From: Octopus bimaculoides
Lineage: Eukaryota
Length of the DNA stretch: 36,005 nucleotides
Direction of reading: 5' to 3'
Assembly: GCF_001194135.2 (NCBI RefSeq)
Contig: NC_068985.1
Coordinates: 64,545,886-64,581,890, forward strand
Shown in pieces: positions 33,101 through 36,005 of this stretch. Both the position numbers and the translations under genes were made by a program. The notes under the pieces were generated by a model. That model worked only from the letters and a program-made list of their open reading frames with translations. It ran no database searches and was not told the DNA's origin. The stretch's first letter is position 1; every line of letters begins with the position of its first letter.

Positions 33101-36005
33101 ATTTGCGTAGTCCATTGGATGTGTTACGAATGCTCCAAGTAAGTCCTTATGAAAACAATTGTTTACTCCCGTTTGGTGCCGTTTTTTCGATTTACATTTT
33201 GTTCCAAGTTGTTAATAGAAACACCAGGAATCTGTCTCTGCGTTTCTGTGTTTGTTTGGCACCTCGCGGACCACCAAATATATTGGCTCACCAAATACGT
33301 TCTGTTGGCGTTTATTCATATACAATTCAACAAGATGGTGGAGCGCATCTTAAAAGAGTTAAGAAAACAAATTACCCCTCCTGCAGCTCTTGTGACTACT
33401 GGATATTTCCATCCCCTTCCCTCCGTTACTGGCAACAATACAGGAGAGGGAGAGGACAAAAGGGAGGAAGAAAAAGTACAAAGCCCACCTCGTAGTAGCA
33501 GCAATCGCGACATCGACAACAGCAGTGGTAGAGCTGAGAACAGTAGCAGCAGTAGTGGTAGTGGTAGCAACAACGCGAGAAACACCAGCAGTAGCAGCGG
33601 TGGCAGGGACAGTAGTAGCAGAGATAGCGTTTTCGTTAACAATGCTACGAATTTTAGCAGAAAAAATAATGCTACAATTGAAGGCAGAGTGGAAGAAAAT
33701 AGCGGTGACGGTGGTGGTGAGAGTGGAAACGGTGGAAGTGGCCACAACTCCACCACGACCAACTACAATAACAACAATTGCAGTAACAACAGCAACAAAA
33801 ACAATAATAAAAATAAAAGTTTTGCTGATATAGCGAACACAAAGAACGAAATGTTTGCCATCGCACTCAATGACAAAACACTCGAACTCTCAAAACCGAA
33901 AGACATCATTAAATTTGAGGCAGATAAGGCAGTAGTGCTTGTATCTCGCGAAATAATAGAGGCAAAAGAGAAGACAGTCTATTTTAGATGCGTATCATGC
34001 AAAAATAGGAGAGCTGAAATAGCCTCCATCAGCCATGTTTAGAAGGCCCTCAGAGAAATTTTAATAGACGTGGCCCATATACAGAGAGGGAGGCAGTTTA
34101 CCAGCATTGAGGGCCTCTATAAAAGCGAGGACCTTGTGCAAAGACATGCAGTGTCACCCCAGTGTACTGAGAAGTGGGTCCTGTATCCCACCTACCTCTC
34201 AAAGAGAACGGCCAGAATTAGGATAAATGGCATGTCACTGCACGTAATTGGGTGGATTGTCACCTGGAGTCACTCTTGAATGTAAAAAGGAGTGACAGGT
34301 AGAACTGCTGCGGGATCAACTTGGAAATATTAACCCGTGTAAAAGCAGAAAGTAACCGCCCAATAGGGTGGAACTGCGTGTCGTCGTGGAAGGCATGGAG
34401 CCAAGATCTGTGGAGTCACAAGCCACATGAGAGCCTTCTCCCCACCCCCAAAATTGAGAGGTACGCGGCCACACCTGCAACCTACATCGCACCCCAACAA
34501 CAATAGAAACCTTTTTAATAAAACGGTAGCTTCATCTCCAACAACAGATGCATGCGAACACCATACAATGGAGAAAACACCCAAGGTATCTTTCAAACCA
34601 GCCCCACTCACCATCTCTCTCTCTCTCTCTCAAGCATACACTCACGCCAACATACTCACGCTATCACAGACACAATCACACTCCTCGAGACAGATCCTAC
34701 AGACACTAGTCCCTCCTCATCCCGTAAGATGCGGGGTTCTGCGAAATGCCGATAACAGCCGAAAACAGAGCTGCGCAAGAGAGAAGTTTCTGGGGCGATA
34801 TGGTCTGTCCTTCGAGCTTTATTTTCATATGCCAGACTTGTTTGGTGGTCTCTTGGCAGACGTCTACCACAAATGGCAGCAGAATGGAAGAATTCCCACT
34901 GCTGTGTGCCGTGTAGTCGTGGGGAACAAAATTGATAATTTTAGGCCCATAACTCTGCTGAATACAGATTATAAAATTTTGGTCAAGATGTTAGCCAAGA
35001 GATTAGCGCTTGTCGTCGATAAATTGGTTGGTGACGCGCAGACATGCGCTATCGCAAACAGAACTATCCACAACAACCTCCACCTCACGCGCTACATCAT
35101 AGAGCATGGGTAAGGAACCTGGCATGTGTGGGATCCTGATCAATTTGGATCAGTCGAAAGCTTTTAATGGCGTCGACCACCAATACTCAGAGGCTGTTCT
35201 CGTGGCAGAGGGTTTCGTTCCCGTTTTCAGAGGCTGGATTGTTGCAATGTACAGCGACACCTGTTCGGTGGTCAAAGTAAATGGTCACATATGGGAATCA
35301 TTTAGCATCGCTCGTTCGGTCTGTCAAAGATGCCCACTCTCTCCTCTTATGCACGTGTTGGCCCTCGAGCCATTGCTGCAGAAGCTGGATGTTTCGAGGG
35401 GCATCCCGTGTGATCTAGGATGCGGAAGGTTCGTGTCGAGATGGTCAGCACTGCTCTAAGGGAGTACGAAGCGGTGCAACCAAGAGAAGTCGGTGGGTCT
35501 GCAGCTCGGCACCTGGAGAGATGCATCCATGCCAACAGACAGTGTTGTAGGGCGCTGGACGGAAGGATCGGTTAAATTGCTCAGGGTCTGGTTTAGTCCA
35601 GACCACCAGGTGGACAAGAACTGGGGGAAAGTGATGAGCAGGGTAGCCAATCTCACCCAGAAATGGGTACAGAGGAAGCTGTCCCTGAAGGGTCGGGCGG
35701 AGGTGGTGAATGCGTACATCGCTTCCGTCATCTACTACCGCCTGACCGTCGTCCCTTGCCCCACTTCGTGCCTGATAAAGTTGGAGCGCTTGCTCTTCCA
35801 CTTTCTATGGAACGGACGTGTTCCGCTCATCAGACGGTCCATCTGCTGTCAACAGCCGCTGAGTGGAAGACTGGACAAGTCGTTGCTAATGATGCGCATA
35901 CATGTATTGAGGATGCGACATTTCCAACGTTTCCTTAACGGGTCGCCGTTCGTCAAACGGGACTTTCCGCAGCTCGTCTCGTTGACGGAGATACAGTCCT
36001 GGGTC
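33100..36005 (+). mobile_element. Tx1/L1-clade LINE copy D: ORF1 and RT/post-RT; APE deleted; runs off the window
   Basis: ORF1 (probable ATG 33335, premature stop at 34042) has an S/N/G-rich spacer and a degenerate knuckle, ICGVTSHMRAFSP. RT motifs RPITLLNTDYKILVKMLAKRL, QTCAIANRTIHNNL, LINLDQSKAFNGVDH and CPLSPL, then SVIYYRLTVVPCP..FHFLW. Confidence 0.85.

Noticed and set aside
33149-34042. 297-aa ORF as a novel S/N/G-rich host protein
   Set aside because: It is homologous to the Tx1 ORF1 remnants at 176-637 and 6780-6950, and the homology continues past the stop codon.

Overview
Eukaryotic, AT-rich, microsatellite-rich draft sequence with seven N gaps. It consists almost entirely of decayed transposable elements, and I find no intact protein-coding gene, RNA gene or CRISPR array. 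The SINE and RTE 3' sequences resemble abundant octopus repeats as I recall them, so a cephalopod (probably Octopus) origin is likely; this is inference and was not searched. Contents: six R4-clade (Dong/Rex6-like, RT plus restriction-like endonuclease) LINE remnants, all on the minus strand; five Tx1/L1-clade (APE+RT) remnants, all on the plus strand; one long and one short RTE LINE; a HERO-clade LINE 3' fragment; three copies of an unnamed non-coding retroposon (called X here); four tRNA-type SINEs; a 678-bp foldback MITE carrying (TTAGGG)n; a second telomere-like array; a possible Helitron 3' end; and a tandem hammerhead-like motif of the Penelope type. The main organising pattern is that many LINE junctions fall in (ATT)n or (CTT)n microsatellites, with R4-type and Tx1-type elements entering them in opposite orientations. 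Local templated insertions and internal deletions then reshaped the copies. Most entries in the ORF track are microsatellite, N-gap or antisense artefacts. Coordinates and identities were read by eye and may be off by a few bases.
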